DNA of 63,160 nucleotides, filler included, from Globobulimina sp. (Eukaryota): NCBI GenBank assembly GCA_003354225.1. It is 52 parts of 52 records of this genome, joined end to end, with 100 filler letters (N's around TTAATTAATTAA, not from the genome) between each part and the next. Parts side by side here need not be neighbours in the genome. Positions count along the whole stretch, not along the records: positions 62,045 to 63,160 come from PIVH01023101.1; 51 more parts are not named here. One strand, 5' to 3'. Shown piece by piece: positions 62,111 to 63,160 of this stretch (position 1 is its first letter; each line of letters starts with the position of its first letter). The notes under the pieces were generated by a model. It saw only the letters and a program-made list of their open reading frames with translations, ran no database searches and was not told where the DNA came from. The position numbers and the translations under genes were made by a program.

Positions 62111-63160
62111 ATGGACAATATCGATGATGACAACTCATCGCAGGACACGCCGCCGCCGCAAAAACGCATCACTATAATACGAAATGCACAAAAACGGATT
62201 GTAACATTCCAAGATGACCCAAATCAGATTGCCGTGGCTCGACAGATCGCCACAAATGTACCGAATGCCGGGATTGATTTACATGCTCCGGCTAATAATA
62301 TCGACCATTTACATAATGTCCGTGCGCCATTAGCACGAAATCGCCATAATACTCATGGCCCGCCGTCCGAACGCGACATTGAAATGCATGAAATTGTGCC
62401 CATTGCACACACAAATTGCCCCGATATCGATGTAATGAATGAAAATAACACAGATTCATTGTCGGCCCAATCTATAAATGATGATTCAAATTCTGCGCAT
62501 ATACAATATAGCGCGACTACCGGCATCGACTATGATTATGATCGATCATCTACCGATGGATCTGGTGATGACGACGACGTATTAACTGTTGCACGTTTGC
62601 AACCGCTCGGACGACGAGCCCATGATAAAAAAGAAGAGGCGGAAGGCGCTGACTTAAAAGATTTTCTATCTTTACATTTAGCAAAGCTTCAAGACTGGCG
62701 AGTTTATATTACAAATAAAGATAAAAAGGACACACAGCACAGACTACAAATACAAACACCAAAAAAACCAAATATAACACAAAACACAAACACAAAAACA
62801 CCAAAAACACATAAGTTACGGAGATCGCTGAGGTTGCGTGCGAAATTAGCACCAAATCAAGATAATGACATCATGCGACAGGAACTAATTGAGATTCCTA
62901 CGATTGATGATGTATTGGATCCGGATAGACGCAAATTGTATGACCATAAACTAAATAAAACGCTTGAACTAAATAACAAAATATTATCCTATAAACCATG
63001 TGATCCCATATATAACCTTGATGCCATTGATCCGATCCCATCCATAACATTAGATCGGTACTACCAAAGCGATATAACTCCGGAATTATTGCTCCAAAAA
63101 CCGCTATCCGATCCATGGATATATGGCATAAGCCAATATGTCCAGATCAATAACACGTAA
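62111..63160 (+). CDS. Hypothetical, largely disordered protein
   Basis: 349-aa ORF with no recognised domain. Confidence 0.45.
   Translation: MDNIDDDNSSQDTPPPQKRITIIRNAQKRIVTFQDDPNQIAVARQIATNVPNAGIDLHAPANNIDHLHNVRAPLARNRHNTHGPPSERDIEMHEIVPIAHTNCPDIDVMNENNTDSLSAQSINDDSNSAHIQYSATTGIDYDYDRSSTDGSGDDDDVLTVARLQPLGRRAHDKKEEAEGADLKDFLSLHLAKLQDWRVYITNKDKKDTQHRLQIQTPKKPNITQNTNTKTPKTHKLRRSLRLRAKLAPNQDNDIMRQELIEIPTIDDVLDPDRRKLYDHKLNKTLELNNKILSYKPCDPIYNLDAIDPIPSITLDRYYQSDITPELLLQKPLSDPWIYGISQYVQINNT

Overview
This window is not one locus. It is 52 unrelated, length-sorted contigs (28 of 1117 bp, then 24 of 1116 bp) joined by a 100-bp artificial spacer (N44-TTAATTAATTAA-N44), so nothing can be inferred across spacers and ORFs ending in 'XXXLIN' are linker artefacts. 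Most contigs come from an AT-rich protist with short GT-AG introns (about 30-100 nt). The gene set (RCC1, SAM, ankyrin, TPR, G-alpha, kinesin-9, Fe-SOD, many frameshifted copies) is consistent with a foraminiferan or related rhizarian, which is an inference. Mixed in are bacterial contigs (a hybrid histidine kinase, a BNR-repeat protein) and animal-like contigs (non-LTR endonuclease/RT fragments, a BEL/Pao gag, a CTCF-like motif). The best leads are: (1) two separate members of an apparently expanded family with a toxin-type ADP-ribosyltransferase catalytic signature (ST[ST]...S-x-[FY]-P-x-E-x-E) joined to a shared unannotated C-terminal domain; (2) aberrant tRNA-like elements with 5-nt GG-less D-loops and variable anticodon arms, lying next to short-motif or hairpin arrays; (3) a 288-bp MITE; (4) tandem orphan paralogues sharing a 37-bp upstream element. 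All homology calls are by eye, with no database search.
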